Assembly (NCBI GenBank): GCA_943704425.1
Contig: CALSCP010002497.1
Location: 128,798-192,797 of the forward strand
DNA length: 64,000 bases
Source: Ministeria vibrans ATCC 50519
Lineage: Eukaryota; Protista; Filasterea
Reading direction: 5' to 3'
The translations under genes and the position numbers were made by a program. Shown here piece by piece: positions 36,144 through 51,700 of this stretch (its first letter is position 1; each line of letters opens with the position of its first letter). The notes beneath the pieces were generated by a model. The model ran no database searches. It was not told the origin of the DNA and worked only from the letters and a program-made list of their open reading frames with translations.

Positions 36144-39100
36144 ATGGACGCCATTTCAGTATCTGTGCGTGTACGACCGTTGAATCAAAGCGAGCTCAAC
36201 AATGGCCAAGGCTCAACTTGGCAGCTCAACAACGACTCGATCACTCAGTGTGACGCTTCAGGTACAGCTTACAGCCTGTGCGACATAGAAACAGTTGTCC
36301 CCTATATGCAGCATGGCTATTGGGAGGGAATGCAACGATGCACCATGAGTTGTTCTCGTTCTTGGCATTGCCGGCATTTTTCAAAAAATTCAAATCGAAC
36401 ATATCAAAATCTGTCTTGACGCGCTACAAGCAACGTTTCGTTTGCCTCCTGCACAACGTTTTGTCCATAGTAGACATCCCTATTGGCGCCATATGTAGAG
36501 AAAATGTAGAGCGAGTCTGAACAAAGATGTCAGAAAGTTAACACTATCACACACACAACACACACAACACACATCCCCCTATCCTTGTCTTTGCCGCCAA
36601 GCCTCAACCTCAAATAGTGTACTAAAGGGGGTCTGGTGCAGTGCTTGGCACAGTCTGATTGCGTCTGTTCATGAAGCAATGATTTGAACTATCCAACAAC
36701 GCGTTTTTTTTTCCGCTATTTTGAATGGCTCTCATTTGAAACTGTGACTACAAGAGGCCCTGCCCTTCAGCGCACATGAACAAAACATACATGTGTCAAC
36801 ATTTGAAACGGACGGAATCTTGTTTTAACGCGTAGGAAAACCAATGAAGCCGTCGACGTTTCGTTTCGATCACATTTTCGGAACCAACAGCCGCACTCTG
36901 GTAGAAGAAGAAAAAAAAACGCGAGAGAGAAAGAGAGAGAGAGAGGTTTTAACACGCAACGTTTTATGTAGGACGTTTACAACACGGTGGCGGGTGACCT
37001 TGTTTCGTCGGCCATGAATGGCGTCAACGGCACCATCTTCGCCTACGGCCAGGTACAAAACCCATCTCCAATGACTCATCGTCCTGATGTTTCGTCTGAT
37101 GTTTACTTCTCTCTTTTTTTTTTTATCTCTTGCAGACGTCGAGTGGAAAGACATTCACCATGGGTGGCACATCAAGTGAAATGGGAATTATTCCTCTTGC
37201 TATTCAAGATGTGTTCCGGTATAGCTCATTACGCAAACAACAACAAAAAACGTGAATATGCATTCAAACTGTCTTCGTTGTTGTACTTTTCATTTTGTTT
37301 ACAGTCATATCAGTGCCTCGCCCGACCGCGAGTTTCTTTTGCGCGTTTCGTACCTTGAATTGTACAATGAGGTATCCACCGAAAATGTTGAGACCAAGTA
37401 GATATTGAAATTTTTGTACCACTAGGTCATTTCGGATCTTCTTGTGCCAAGCAGTACCAATCTCAAGATTCGCTTGAGTGCCAACGGCGACAACTGCGTG
37501 ACGGATCTCAGCGAAGAGGTTGTGGTGTCACCGCAGCAGATTCTGGAGCTGATGCGATTGGGCGAGAAGAACCGACACACGGGCAAGACAAACATGAACG
37601 AGCGAAGCAGTCGGTCGCACACCGTCTTCCGCATGGTCATTGAGAGCCGAGCGGTCAAGGGAGATGGTGACAGTGCCTCGACTGAAAGTGATGCTGGTAG
37701 CACGGTGGGTGTGCCTGCGGCGGACCGACTCAGTGGCGACGGCGGAGCAGTGCTGGTGAGCACACTCAACCTGGTGGATCTTGCGGGTAGCGAGCGTTCC
37801 TCGCAGACGGGCGCTGAGGGAGTGCGTCTTAAGGAGGGCAGCAGCATTAACAAGAGTTTGTTGACGCTGGGCATGGTCATCCGTGAGCTCAGCGAGGGCA
37901 CTGGCGCCGAGCATATTCCCTATCGCAACTCCAAATTGACGCGCATCCTCCAGTCGAGTCTGGGTGGCAATGCACGCACCAGCATCGTCTGTACCATCTC
38001 GCCGGCATTTGAGAACGCCGAACAGACGTTGGGCACGCTTCGCTTTGCAACGGGCGCTAAGACAGTGAAAAACAAGCCCATTGTGAACGAAGTGCGCACC
38101 GACGAGACACAGCTGCGACGCTACGAGACCATGATTGCCGATCTGCGTCGCCAACTGGAGGAGCGCCGCAAACCCAAGCGTGACGAGGTGGTCAAGGTAC
38201 AGGAGCACAACGAGGCGCTGCAACAGGAGCTGCGCGAGCGCGAGAAGGAACTCACCGAGCAGGCGGCCAAAATCGAACGCTTTAAGAAGCTCTTTTTGGT
38301 CGGCAGTGCGGTCAACCCAGAGATGGGCCAGGCCGTCTCGGCCGAGCTGGGCACAACAGTCATTCCTGCTGGCACTGCTTCCGCCGTGACCATGGGGCTC
38401 TCGGCCAAGGCCATGAAGGATCGTCGTGGCACTTGGTTTGCCGGTGCGACCAGTCGTGCGCAGCTGGTACAACCCGCAGGAGGAGTGTCGGATTCCACTG
38501 CCGACGCCACCGATGCCAGTGCTCACTTTGCACCGCCAGCGTCGTCGCGTAGTCGTCGTTCGGGTGTGCGCCAGAGCATGGGTCCCATGCGACAGTTGCT
38601 TCAACAACAACAACAGCAGCAGCAGCAGCAGAGTAAGAGCCAGCCGCAACAACAACATCAACAACAACTGCAACCGGGCATGGCCTCTTCCAACACCTCT
38701 GTGCGCACACGCGAACTTGAACAGGAGCTTGCGGATGCCCAAGAGCAAATAAAGTGCCTTGAGGATCTGCTTGAGCGCAGCAATCAGAATCTCATGACCA
38801 CCATCGAGAAGAACGAGGCGAACATGACCCCACGACGCGTGAAGTCTCTGCGGTCGCGACTCGAGCATCTCGAGGAGTTGCACAAACAGCAAGAGGAGGC
38901 GGCGGACGTGCCTACAGGATTGGCCGCGGCAACCGTTGACCCTGAAACAGTCGCGTCGTTAGAACGTGAGAATGCTGAGCTGCGATTGCAGATGAATGAG
39001 GCGCTAGAGATTCAGGAGCTCATGACGAGCGAATCGATGCAGCTTGAGGAACAGTTGCGTGTCTCACGCGAAGCACTTGCTGCACTTGAGAAGGAAACTG

Positions 39101-42100
39101 GCCTTGTGCGCGAGGAGGCGCGCAGTGCCACTGCAGCCGAGATGGAGCTGCTCTATGACGACCTGGCCGACACGCAGGAGGCCCACGAGCAACTCGAGGC
39201 CAAAATGCAGCAGGCAGTCGAGAGTCACGCCGAGGCCATGGCAGCAGCCGAGACTAAGATGCAGCAGATGACTGAGGCACACGTGGAAGCACTGGCGTCT
39301 CTCGAGGCTGCACATGCCATGGCGGTTGCCTCCGTTGAAGAGGCGCATGCTGAGGCACTCAAGGTCTTTGAGCACAAGTTGGCGCAGGCGGAGGAGACAA
39401 AGGCAAACCGTGTGGCGGCTCTTGAAGAGCAAGTTGAGACGGAAACGATGCTTGTTGGCCACAAGGAGCAAGAGCTGTTGACGGTCAAGGACGAGCTGGC
39501 TCAGGCTGTGTCGTCGGCTGAGTCGTTGCGGACAGCACTAGCAAAGATGGAGCAGGAGAAGCAGGAGCAAATTGGCGAGACGGTGTCGCGACTTGAAAGT
39601 GAGCTGGAGAGTGTCAAACAAGAGATGACGATGAAAATGGAAGAGACGGCCGTGATGGCGCGCACCGAGATGGACGCGTTGCAAGAGCAGTTGGCAAGTG
39701 TGACAGACGAGCGTACGCAGGCGCAGCAGCAATTGAGTGAGACGCAGCAAGAAATGGCAATTAAGATGAAGCAGTTGGCAAGTATGACAGACGAGCGCAC
39801 GCAGGTGCAGCAGCAAATGAGTGAGACGCAGCAAGAGATGTCGATCAAGATGGAGGAGGCTGCGGCGTTGGCAAGTGTCGAGATGGACGAGGTGCAGAAG
39901 CAACTGGAGGCGGTGAGAGAGGAGTGTGCGCAACTGCAGGAGCAGCTTGGTGTTTGCCAGAGTGATGCGGAGCGAGTCCAGCAGGAGCTGCGTGACGAGA
40001 TGGAAGAGGCTGCTGTGATGGCTCGTACCGAAGTGGAAGAGGTCCAAGAGCAACTGACGAGCGTGATGACGGAAAAGGAGCAACTGGCAGAGAAGTTGGG
40101 CAGGACCGAGGCAGAGCTTGCCGAAATTCGCGGTGATCTTGGTGACTCTATCTCGCAGGTGGTTGAACTTCAGGAGCAGATTGAAGAGATGAGTGGGCGT
40201 GTCGCACAGGGTGAGGAAGCTATAACCCTGCTTAAGACAGAAAGCGAGGCGAAGCTGAGTGAAGCCTCTGAGAGAGTGGCGTCACTGAGCGAGCAACTGG
40301 ACAGGATGCGGGGCGAGAGTGGTTCAATTGGTCTGCGAGTGGGAGAGCTTGAGCAGGAGAAGGTCGAGTGGGAAACAGAGCGGGAGATATTCTCCGAAGA
40401 AAAGAGTGTGTGGGAGCTTGAGAAGGCAGAGCTTGAAGAGGAGAATGCGAAGCTGCAGATGTCGCTGGAGAGCGCGCGCGAGGATCAAGTTGCACTTCAG
40501 ACTGCGTTTGAGGAGGAACGCACGTCGTTGAAGCAAGCAGTTGAGTCTGCGGAGATGGCAGTGGATCAGCTCAAGTCACAACAGCTGGCCGCTCAGGAGA
40601 AAATTGAAGCGCTCGAATCTGCCACAAGCAGTGCGAACGTCAAGGTGGCTGCGACTGAGACGGAGCTGGAAAGCGAACGTGCTGGACGAGCAGCGGAGCG
40701 AGCGGAATGGGCGCAGTTGAAGGAACGCGCAGAGGAGCAAGAGCGAGAGATTGAGGAGAAGGCGGCACTCATTGACGAGGCGGAGAGCTCTCTGGTGGCG
40801 CTTCAGACGGCCGTTGAAAAAGGCGAAGAACACTGCGACGCGCTTAAGGAGCAGCTGCAGCGTGTCGAGGAGCGCGCGGCGGGTTTGCACACAGAGCTTG
40901 TGTCAAACAAGGCTCGCATGGACGAGGCAGAGGTGCTGGCGGAGACCGAGCGAACACGACGCGAGCGAATTGAGGACGAACTGCAGAGCAAGGTGGATGC
41001 TGTGGCGGATGTAAACGAGACTGCAAGCAACCTGGTGAAGGCGCTTGAGGCTGAGCAGGCCAAGTGCAAGACGCAGGAGGCTGAGTTGCAACGGGTGTAT
41101 GAGGAGCTCACGGACGCAAATTTGGCCATGGAGGAGATGCAAGCGGGACGAGGAAATGATCGACGGGACGAGCGGGATTTGAGCGAGGAGCTGGTTTCTA
41201 TGCGAATGGCACTCGAGGAGGCGCTGTGCAAATCGACGGCGCTCGAGAAGGAGAAGGAAGAGCTGCGCCGGAGCAACCGACGCGCCGAACGAGACACCGA
41301 GTCACTGCGAAAGCAACTCAAGGAGATGGAGGCGGACATGGAGGACGTCGAGAGTGGCAAAAACAGCGAAATTGCTCGTCTGCAGACGATTGTCGATGAA
41401 CTTGAGGTAATCAAAACAGAGGCTGACGATAGTTTAAAGAAAAAATATCATTCCATTGTTATTGATTATCTTGCTGTAGGTTGATCTGATGATTGTGCGG
41501 AAGCAGCAGGAGACGGCAGAGGCGTCGAGAAAGCCCGGAAGCAGTGTGGAGGTGGAGATGGCGGAGGCACTGGCGGAGACGACGCGACAGCTGGAAGAGA
41601 TGCAAACGATGAAGCGCGAGATGGAGGAGCAACTGGAGCAGAGTGGAGCGGATCGTGTGCGTTTGCGAGGTGAGCGGGATGCGGTGCAGAAGAGCGTGGA
41701 CGGGATGCGTGTGACGGTTGCCGAGATGAAGAAGCGCGTGGAGGTGTCGGAGCGCGAGCGAGATGCACTGGGCGAGACGGTGACTCGTCTAGTGGGCGAA
41801 CGTGAGCGCATGGAGAAGCTCAAGGTGGCTGCGGAGCGCGAGACCAAGTCATTGCGCGAAGCACTTGCGGTCAAGGAGATGCCGGTGTTCACGTCGAGTG
41901 TGTCGGGCACAGCTCCCGGTGCCATTACGGGCACCGGTGGACGTGTGGTGACGCCCAAGGTGGCCAAAAAGGGTGTTTCGTTCTCGTTTGATGAGGACGA
42001 GGAGAATGCCGTGAAGAAGCAGGAGGCGGCGTGGAAGCAGCCGGCGAGCGCGGTCACGGTCAAGGCAAACACGCGACAGGAGCGGGTCAAGGCAGCCCTC

Positions 42101-42178
42101 GCTCGATCGCAACAGCGACCCGCAGCGCCCGCGGTTGCTCAGGAGGATGATCAGCCGGGCGACTGCAAGCAACAATAA
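36144..42178 (+). CDS. CENPE: Kinesin-7 / centromere protein E, 7 exons
   Basis: VRVRPL, IFAYGQTSSGKT (kinesin-7 P-loop), VSYLELYNE, TNMNERSSRSH, LVDLAGSE, HIPYRNSKLTRILQSSLGGNA; long coiled coil; RRGTW; C-terminal CAAX-type CKQQ*. Confidence 0.93.
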
Positions 42179-42353
42179 ATAGAGAGAGAGAGAGAGACAG
42201 AGAGAGACAGAGAGAGACTGAGTGAATGAATTTTCGTGAGTGTGAATAAAACGAGAGAGTAGTTTTAGTTTTTTTCTTTAATCTTTAATTTTAATCCATT
42301 TTTGTGTGGGGGTTTTTTGGGCCATTGATCGCTTGCGCTTTGGTTGTATCACG

Positions 42354-43994
42354 ATGACGGCAAAGGCAATTACATTGAAAATTCCAGGTAGGATCAAACA
42401 AGATATGTTTGCACTGGATTTGAGTGCTGACGGGCCTGTGTCGCCTTCATTTGACTGCAACTAGGACTCATTTTGGCTGGCAAGTCATGGAGTGCAGCGG
42501 GGGCGGCAGAAACGCCCCTTGATCACAGGTGAGGGAGTGACATTTGGGTTTCACATGAAATCTGCTGCAAATGCGCCGCAAACCTCCATTTTACCTCTAT
42601 TTGCCTTGAACTCCGCTGGGAGTGTATACGTGTTTGGTAGAACGCCGGATGTGTCCCATTGGGCAGTGTTTTGTAGTGTATTTTCAGTAGGAGATGAGAA
42701 TAATCATGAGATGCGATCTCTCTCTGTTTAGCTCTCGCCCGAAACACAAAGTACTGGGTCTCCACGGCTGGATGGACAACTGTGGAACATGGGATCTGAT
42801 TGCGCCCATGCTTCCCTTGAGCGAGATTGATTTTCTTGCCATTGATCTGCCGGGACACGGACTGTCCAGTCATCGCGGCGCAGAGTACGTCCGTCCGTCC
42901 CCAGTCACACGCGTTGACTGACACTTTTGTGATCTCACTCTGTCTGTGCATAGTGCGGCTTACCATTTTGCAGACGCTGTTATTGCGGTTCATGCAGTAG
43001 CTGACAAGCTTGGATGGAACCGGTTCACATTGATGGGCCACTCGATGGGCGCTGGCATTGGTTCAATGTACGCTGCCGCCTTCCCCGAGCGCATTGACCG
43101 TCTTCTGCTGGTGGAAGGGGGTGTGCCTCTGGCGCGCCATGCGGACGCACTGCCTGGCATGCTGCGACGTGGCTGCGAGGGGTTTGTGGCGCTCGCAGGG
43201 AAGCCACCAAGAGTAGGCACTAGAAGTCGAGACCCAACAAAACGAATGTAACCCTTATTTTTGATAATAACAGGCGTACCCAAGTCAGGAAGCGTGCATT
43301 GCAAAGATGCAAGAGAACACTCCAACTCACACGCGCGAGGCATGCGAAGTGCTTGCGCAGCGCGGCACAAAGGTCCACGACGACGGCACTTGCTCATTCA
43401 CACATGATGTTCGTGTACGTAGCAAACAGTATAATTATTTCATTGTATATATAATAATAATTATTATGATTCTTGCGTTTCTTCACTTTCAGGTGCGCAT
43501 TCCATCGCTGCTGAACATGACACCAGAGCAAGTGAGTGCCATTGCTCGTGCCATTACGGTGCCCACTTCGATGATTCTTGCGGATGAGGGAGCCATCAAA
43601 CTGTGGCCCAAATGGCCCTTGAAAAAGGTCGCAGAAATGTTCCGCATTGACAATGACCACCGAGTAAGGCGAAACAGAGAAGAATGATTTAAATTACATG
43701 TCCACTGTGTTGTTATTTGCACTCGACTTGCCTCTCTCACCCACAACTCATTCTTGACCGAAAATCACATCACTTTGTTCTCCCTCTCTCACTCACACAC
43801 ATCACTATTTACACTATTATAACCCGCTCCCACCTTCTCACCCCATATATGCATAGGTCGATATTCATTCCATTCCTGGCGACCATCATGTTCATCTGAC
43901 CAATCCTACTCTCGTTGCACCTCTTATCAGCGACTTTCTTACTGCCACTGTTCACAATACCGTCAATCAGAATCCCACTCCCGCAAACCTTTGA
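42354..43994 (+). CDS. Serine hydrolase-like alpha/beta hydrolase (SERHL-like), multi-exon, PTS1-like ANL end
   Basis: LHGWMDN, IDLPGHGLSSH, nucleophile GHSMG, GDHHVHL; ends ...PANL*. Confidence 0.85.
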
Positions 43995-44165
43995 TTCATT
44001 TTCTTACTGTACTTCTAAGATGAATCACATAAATACATCACTATTGTTAATCAATTCTTCACTTCCAATCTGACGAAAAAACATGCCCGCCTTTGCTCAA
44101 ACCTTTCATGACTAATAATATTATTATTTTTATTGTTTACTCAAAATTAGTTTTGGTTTATTTTG

Positions 44166-45896
<1,731 letters not shown>

Positions 45897-46902
45897 TGTA
45901 CTGTCGCAGGCGATGAAAGATATCTATTATTATTGTAGCGGGTGCTATGGCATGAGCAGCAATCTCTCGTTCCTTTGGCGTACCTTCCCTGCTGGGGGTT
46001 TTGAGGGTGGGTTGGAAAACGATGACGACAGAGTAGAGCATAAAGAGTTGGGTAGAGGGGAGTAGCTACTGGTCGATGTGGTAGCTTGCTTTGAATGTTG
46101 TGTGTTGGTTGGTCGAGACAGAGAGAGTCGACAGAAGGGAGTGAGGGAGTTGCGAAAAAAGATTGAATGAATTATGAATAGAAATAAATCAATGACAAAT
46201 CAAAGAAGACACGATTACTCATTCCCAGGAATAAACAAAAAAAAAAAACGTTCAGAGAGCACACGTGCGCGTGTAATGACATCATTCACATCAGCCAATC
46301 AATAATCATCATTCTTTATTAATGATTTATATTATTAACTGTTTCCCCGCGTACCAGTCGAGATGGTTTCAAAACGTTCTTACAACTTATGCTAATCTTG
46401 CTTGATCCCTTGAGATGTTTCACATTGACTGCAATCAGCTTGGGGCCTGAAGCCTGGAGTAAACTTCAAGACTGAAAGTCGTACTGAACAGTCGATAGAA
46501 GAGGATCGTCATGAAATCGTCATAAGGACGAGACAGAGTGAAGACAACACACTCCGTCGCAACGTAACCAGCTCACACCCCCAAGGGTTCAACAATCGGC
46601 AATCTCACAGCCCAAAAAAGTCTAACATCATCACTGATATTCCGATAATGCCATACGGACTACTAGGACGAGTCGGCAATGTAACAGCGCGTTAATGAGT
46701 GGAAGGTCATTCATTAGTATCAATTCAAATTAATTCCCGAAGAAAAGCACATTCTTCCATGCCCCATGGGCCATGGCAACCCGTTGGTTGCTGTACGTCG
46801 AGCTATTATGAATATAAAAATATAATAAAATAAAAAAAAGCTTCAAATCATAAGTGAACTATATAAACTTCGAAGTGGCAGTTTTGTATGTTCTTTTTTC
46901 AT

Positions 46903-48108
46903 ATGCGTCGAATATCGTGGATCACCACGAGCATTGTAGTCACGCTGGCTCTCCTAGGCTGGCTCTACATGAACTTGATCACGCAACCCCCGGCGCCTGT
47001 GTACAACCCCCACGCCGTCGTGGCCTGGGTCGAAGGCGCGTCCGTGCGCATCTTTGACGCTGTCTTCACACAAGGCAGCGCGCGCGAAATCACGCTGCTT
47101 GCGTACGGACTCACCTGGCACCTGATGAGCTTTGACTGCAAGTTCCCGTCGGGAGCTGTGACGCGTGGGCATGCTCTGCGACTCTCTGCTCTGCAGCACC
47201 GAATTTTGAAGTGTCCCGTCCCTGCCGAGGAGTCCCTCTCATCGCACGGCTGCCTCCAATTCGACATAGCACCACCCCATTCGGACGATATCCTTATTCT
47301 GCGACAGGTCTCCGTATGTCGCTCGATTCGCTCGTCCTCAGCGCCCGTGGTCGACGTCGCCGTGCAAACGATGCTTCGGAATGTTGCAGCGCGCTTGGAC
47401 GAGTGGATTGAGCACTACCGGGGCCTTGGAGTCGGGCACTTCTACCTGTATGACCATGCTTCGACAGACTTCTTGTATCCGACCCTGAATAAATGGCGAG
47501 CAGCGGGCATTGTCACAGTGGTCCGGTGGAATTTCGAGCCGGCCAAAGGGGACTTCTCTCGCGCGGTGCAAACGGTCGCGCTGAACCACTGTCTGTTTAC
47601 CTTTGGCCATCGTGCGCGCTGGATTGCCATGGTGGACGTAGATGAGTACATTCAAGTGAGAAGCCAAGAGGGAGCCACAAAGCAAAGCCTTGCGGAGGTG
47701 CTCGACAGGGAAAGTACGTCGAGACAGGAGTCCGGCGAGGAGGCCGCTGCCGTGCAAATTCTCGAATGGCCCTTTGGAGACCAATACTTCCGGGGGATGG
47801 ACCGTGATTTCTTTGGACGTGCTGTTATTCCAATGGGACTCACCAAGCAATATGTGTGGGCTGCACCACAGGCATCTCCTCCTAACCAACGTTCAAAATT
47901 GTGCATTCGCCCAATGCATGTGCGTGCACTGCAGAGTGTCCACCAGCTTCACTGGGAGCGCATGGTCGTCGCAAACGCCTCCACCTCGCTGCGTCTCGTC
48001 CACTACCTCCCGCATCGCTGGTGGGCCCGCGGTCCCAACCCACGAGGTCCCAACTCAACGGAGCCACAGAGACTTCAAGACTGGAGCATGTTTTCCGATG
48101 ATGTGTAA
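46903..48108 (+). CDS. Glycosyltransferase family 92 (DUF23)-like type II membrane protein, intronless
   Basis: N-terminal TM; RNVAARLDEWIEHYRGLGVGHFYLYD..STD, Q...LNHCL, WIAMVDVDEY (DxD), SK...P, VH, L.HY. Confidence 0.85.
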   Translation: MRRISWITTSIVVTLALLGWLYMNLITQPPAPVYNPHAVVAWVEGASVRIFDAVFTQGSAREITLLAYGLTWHLMSFDCKFPSGAVTRGHALRLSALQHRILKCPVPAEESLSSHGCLQFDIAPPHSDDILILRQVSVCRSIRSSSAPVVDVAVQTMLRNVAARLDEWIEHYRGLGVGHFYLYDHASTDFLYPTLNKWRAAGIVTVVRWNFEPAKGDFSRAVQTVALNHCLFTFGHRARWIAMVDVDEYIQVRSQEGATKQSLAEVLDRESTSRQESGEEAAAVQILEWPFGDQYFRGMDRDFFGRAVIPMGLTKQYVWAAPQASPPNQRSKLCIRPMHVRALQSVHQLHWERMVVANASTSLRLVHYLPHRWWARGPNPRGPNSTEPQRLQDWSMFSDDV

Positions 48109-48283
48109 TTAGTAATGATAATTATTGTAATAATATTATAATAAAAATTTAATGTATAATAAATTATTAAAAATTTAATAATAATAATTATTATTATTAT
48201 TATTTTTATAAATTCATTGCTCAAGATTCATCTGTGCCGAAACACTTTCGTTTGCATATTCTACTATTCTCTTTTTTGAATGG

Positions 48284-48638
<355 letters not shown>

Positions 48639-48718
48639 TATAAATAAAAATTAATAACTATTTTTATTGTTAGCTCGCTTCAATTTCCTTTCAACCTCTC
48701 TCTCTCTCGAGTCTTGGC

Positions 48719-51700
48719 TCATCTTGGAGTCGAAAAGGAATACTCCACAAGGAAGCAGGGAATGCATCGCTCAGTGTGGAGTGGTACAATCACATTGGTT
48801 GGTGGCAGTCCTGTCATTAGCAAAGTTGAAAAAAAACAATAACAATGTCATTATTAGTTGAGAATGAAAAAGAAGTTCGGATTAAAGATCACCTGGAACA
48901 ACGACGTTGGGAATGAGCACCGAGTCAAAGCCGAGGCGACCGTAGTGGGACAGATGGCCATCAAAATCGTCGAAAAACTCGCTGGCAAAGCCATCGTGAC
49001 GCGCCTGACGACCAACCTTGACGAGAGCCACAATGACCCGCCAGCGCAGTCGCTGTGCCTGGCTCGGGCGCGACCGCAGACACTCAAGACAACGGTGGTC
49101 GGCAAGTGCTAAACCGTCGGCAAACATGAGAGATTCGCCGGCGGCGACAGCACGTGCAAAGCCCGTGTCAGCAACCTGCGAGAGAACGGCGGCCGGAGCA
49201 GCAAAGAAGACAAGACGAATGTTGTCCTGGACCGTATTGTCGCGATTATCGAGTGCCAGGAAGCGCTGGAGACGTGCCCCATGCTCAATGGCAACGGCAC
49301 GTTGACATACGTATCCGCGCGAGAGAGCTGCGCGCCGCGAGTCGTTCTGTTGATCAATCAACGCCCAAATGGTGTGCATTTCACTCGATTCACGCGCGAG
49401 ACCGACAATACGAGGTCGCGACGTGGTTGGCTGCGTGCGCATACACTGACGCGTAAGCACACGCATGACGTCGACAACGGGGCGTGGAGCAGTTGCCGAG
49501 GAAACAGGTGGTGCGGCCACAAATGGACGACTGCGAGGAGGAACACGAGAAGGTGGAGCACGAGCGAGAGGCAGCGGACGACTGCCGGTGGTAGACGCAT
49601 TGATGCGCACTGTTTGCGATGGTGGTGGTGGGCGTTGACGATGGATGGGAGGCACCGAGCGAGGTACAAACATTTGTATGGAAAGTGGTGCAGCAGTGGT
49701 AGAGGTGGTGGCGGAAGAAGGGGGAGGAGGATGGGAACGAGCGTGGGAACGAGATTCAGCTGTGCGCTGACGCAAGGCACGTTGCTTCTTCTGCTCCTCG
49801 CGTCGTTTCTCCAGCTCTGTTTGACGACGCTGAAGATGCCGGGGAAGACTGGGCGGCTTAGAAGGAGCAGACGTGACCGGCAATGACACGGCCGGTGCTG
49901 CAGGGTTGGTCTGACGCGTGAGCCAATGTACCATCGCATTTTGCTGGTGTTCTACTTCTTCTTCATGTTCTTGCAACCGTCGCTGTTGTCGAAGTTGTGA
50001 TTGTGGAGATTTCGTCGGGCTTTGCGTTGGAGTGCTCTTTGTGGGCGATCGACGAGTAGGACTGTGCAGAGGGCTGATGATGGCGGCAGACGAGGGAAGC
50101 GGGGGCTTTGGCGGCGGTGGTGATGAGGGCACGCGCGCGACGGGCTGTTTCGGTTTGCTGGGCGACGTGAGTTGCGAGACGGGACGTACAACCCCTCCAA
50201 AAATAAACCGGTCGGCAGCTTCGTAGTCAGGATCGGCAGAGAGACCAAAGCTCAGCGGTGGCGCTGCTGTCGACATTGGTACAGTGAAAGAAGAAGTGTC
50301 AGGATGTAACTTGTGTTGAACGGACAGTGCGGACGCTGGGTGCTGTTTGGGCCGCTCGACTTCTTGTTCTTCTTGTTCTTCTTCTTGTTCGTCTTCTTGT
50401 TCTTCTTCTTGTTTTTCTTCTTCTTCGGTTTCTTCCTGAGTTTCTTCGTCAATAATGTCCGCTTGCAACGAAGTCCCGTCAAGAATATTCACAGAGCCCT
50501 GTGTGACGGCGGCCACGGCGTCGCGCCATCGCTGGGCAACCTTGGGGTCGACACGCTCGTCATAGACGTAGTCTGTGATCGGATTGTTGCGCACATCGAC
50601 GTTGCGGAGAAAGGACGAGGCGTGCGAAAGGGCCTGTAGAATGGCCTCGGCATCACTAAGACGATTAGCAGACACGTCGAGGATTTCGAGGCGCGCAAGG
50701 GGACGCACAAAGTCAATGGAAGGCAGTCGGTTGCCGGCAACACGGAGTTCGCGCAGATGAGTGAAGCCAGTGGAGAGAGGTGGTCTGTGGGTGTCGAGAT
50801 TGGCGGACGCGGAGGGGGAGGTGGGGTCGTTAGAGCCAAGGTTGTTCTCGTTTGCATTGAGCACGGCAAGCTGTGGACAGTGGACAAAGGGAGCAAGCGA
50901 GTCAAGTTGGTTGCTAGATATGTCGAGCCAGGCAAGATGGGTGAGGTTGCGCAGCGGCACTTCGCTTGCAATGCGGTTGCGCGAGACGGTAAGCCGCCGC
51001 AGCGAACAGAGACTGTGCCAGCCGGTGAAGTCGGTGAGAAGATTGTCGGAGACGTCGAGCGACTCGAGGTGGGGAAACCAGCGCATATCGGTGAGTGTTT
51101 CAAGGGAGTTGTTGGCGAGCGAGAGGGTGTGAAGGGAGGCGAGGGGCGAGTCAAGACGGATGGCACGCACAAGATTCTTGTTGACTTCGAGGGTCTCGAG
51201 CGCCGTCAAATGCTCAAGATTGGAAACCACTTCGAGTGCATTGCCATTGAGACGGAGTGTGTGAAGGGCGGGGAGTGCGGGAAAGGCGTCGAGAGAGGCA
51301 AGGCGATTGTCACCAAGATCCACAATGGCAAGGTGCGCCAGACCGGCAAGCGACGCGACGGATGTGATGGTGTTGCGTGCAGCATACAACTCTACAAGGT
51401 AGGAGCACGCAGAGAGGCCATTAAGCGAAGTGATTTCGTTTCCTGACAGATTGAGCAGGCGTAGCGAGAGGGGCGGTAGCGTGGCAAGAAGCGAGACGGG
51501 CACACGCTTGAGACGGTTTGCCTCGACGCTGAGCCAGGTGACGGTAGGCGGGAGACGCACCGAGTGGAGAGCACCGTCGGTAAGCCGGTTGTCGCGCAGA
51601 AGGACCACATCCACGGGAGCCGTGACCTGCGGACCACCAGCCGAGGTGTTGCTGAAGTGTTTTGCGTCAAGATTGATGACGTGCGTCGCATTAAGTTCAC

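Noticed and set aside
35801-36154. Small independent ORF between Mps1 and CENP-E
   Set aside because: Its 35962-35843 part splices in phase to the kinase exon and is better explained as Mps1 exon 1
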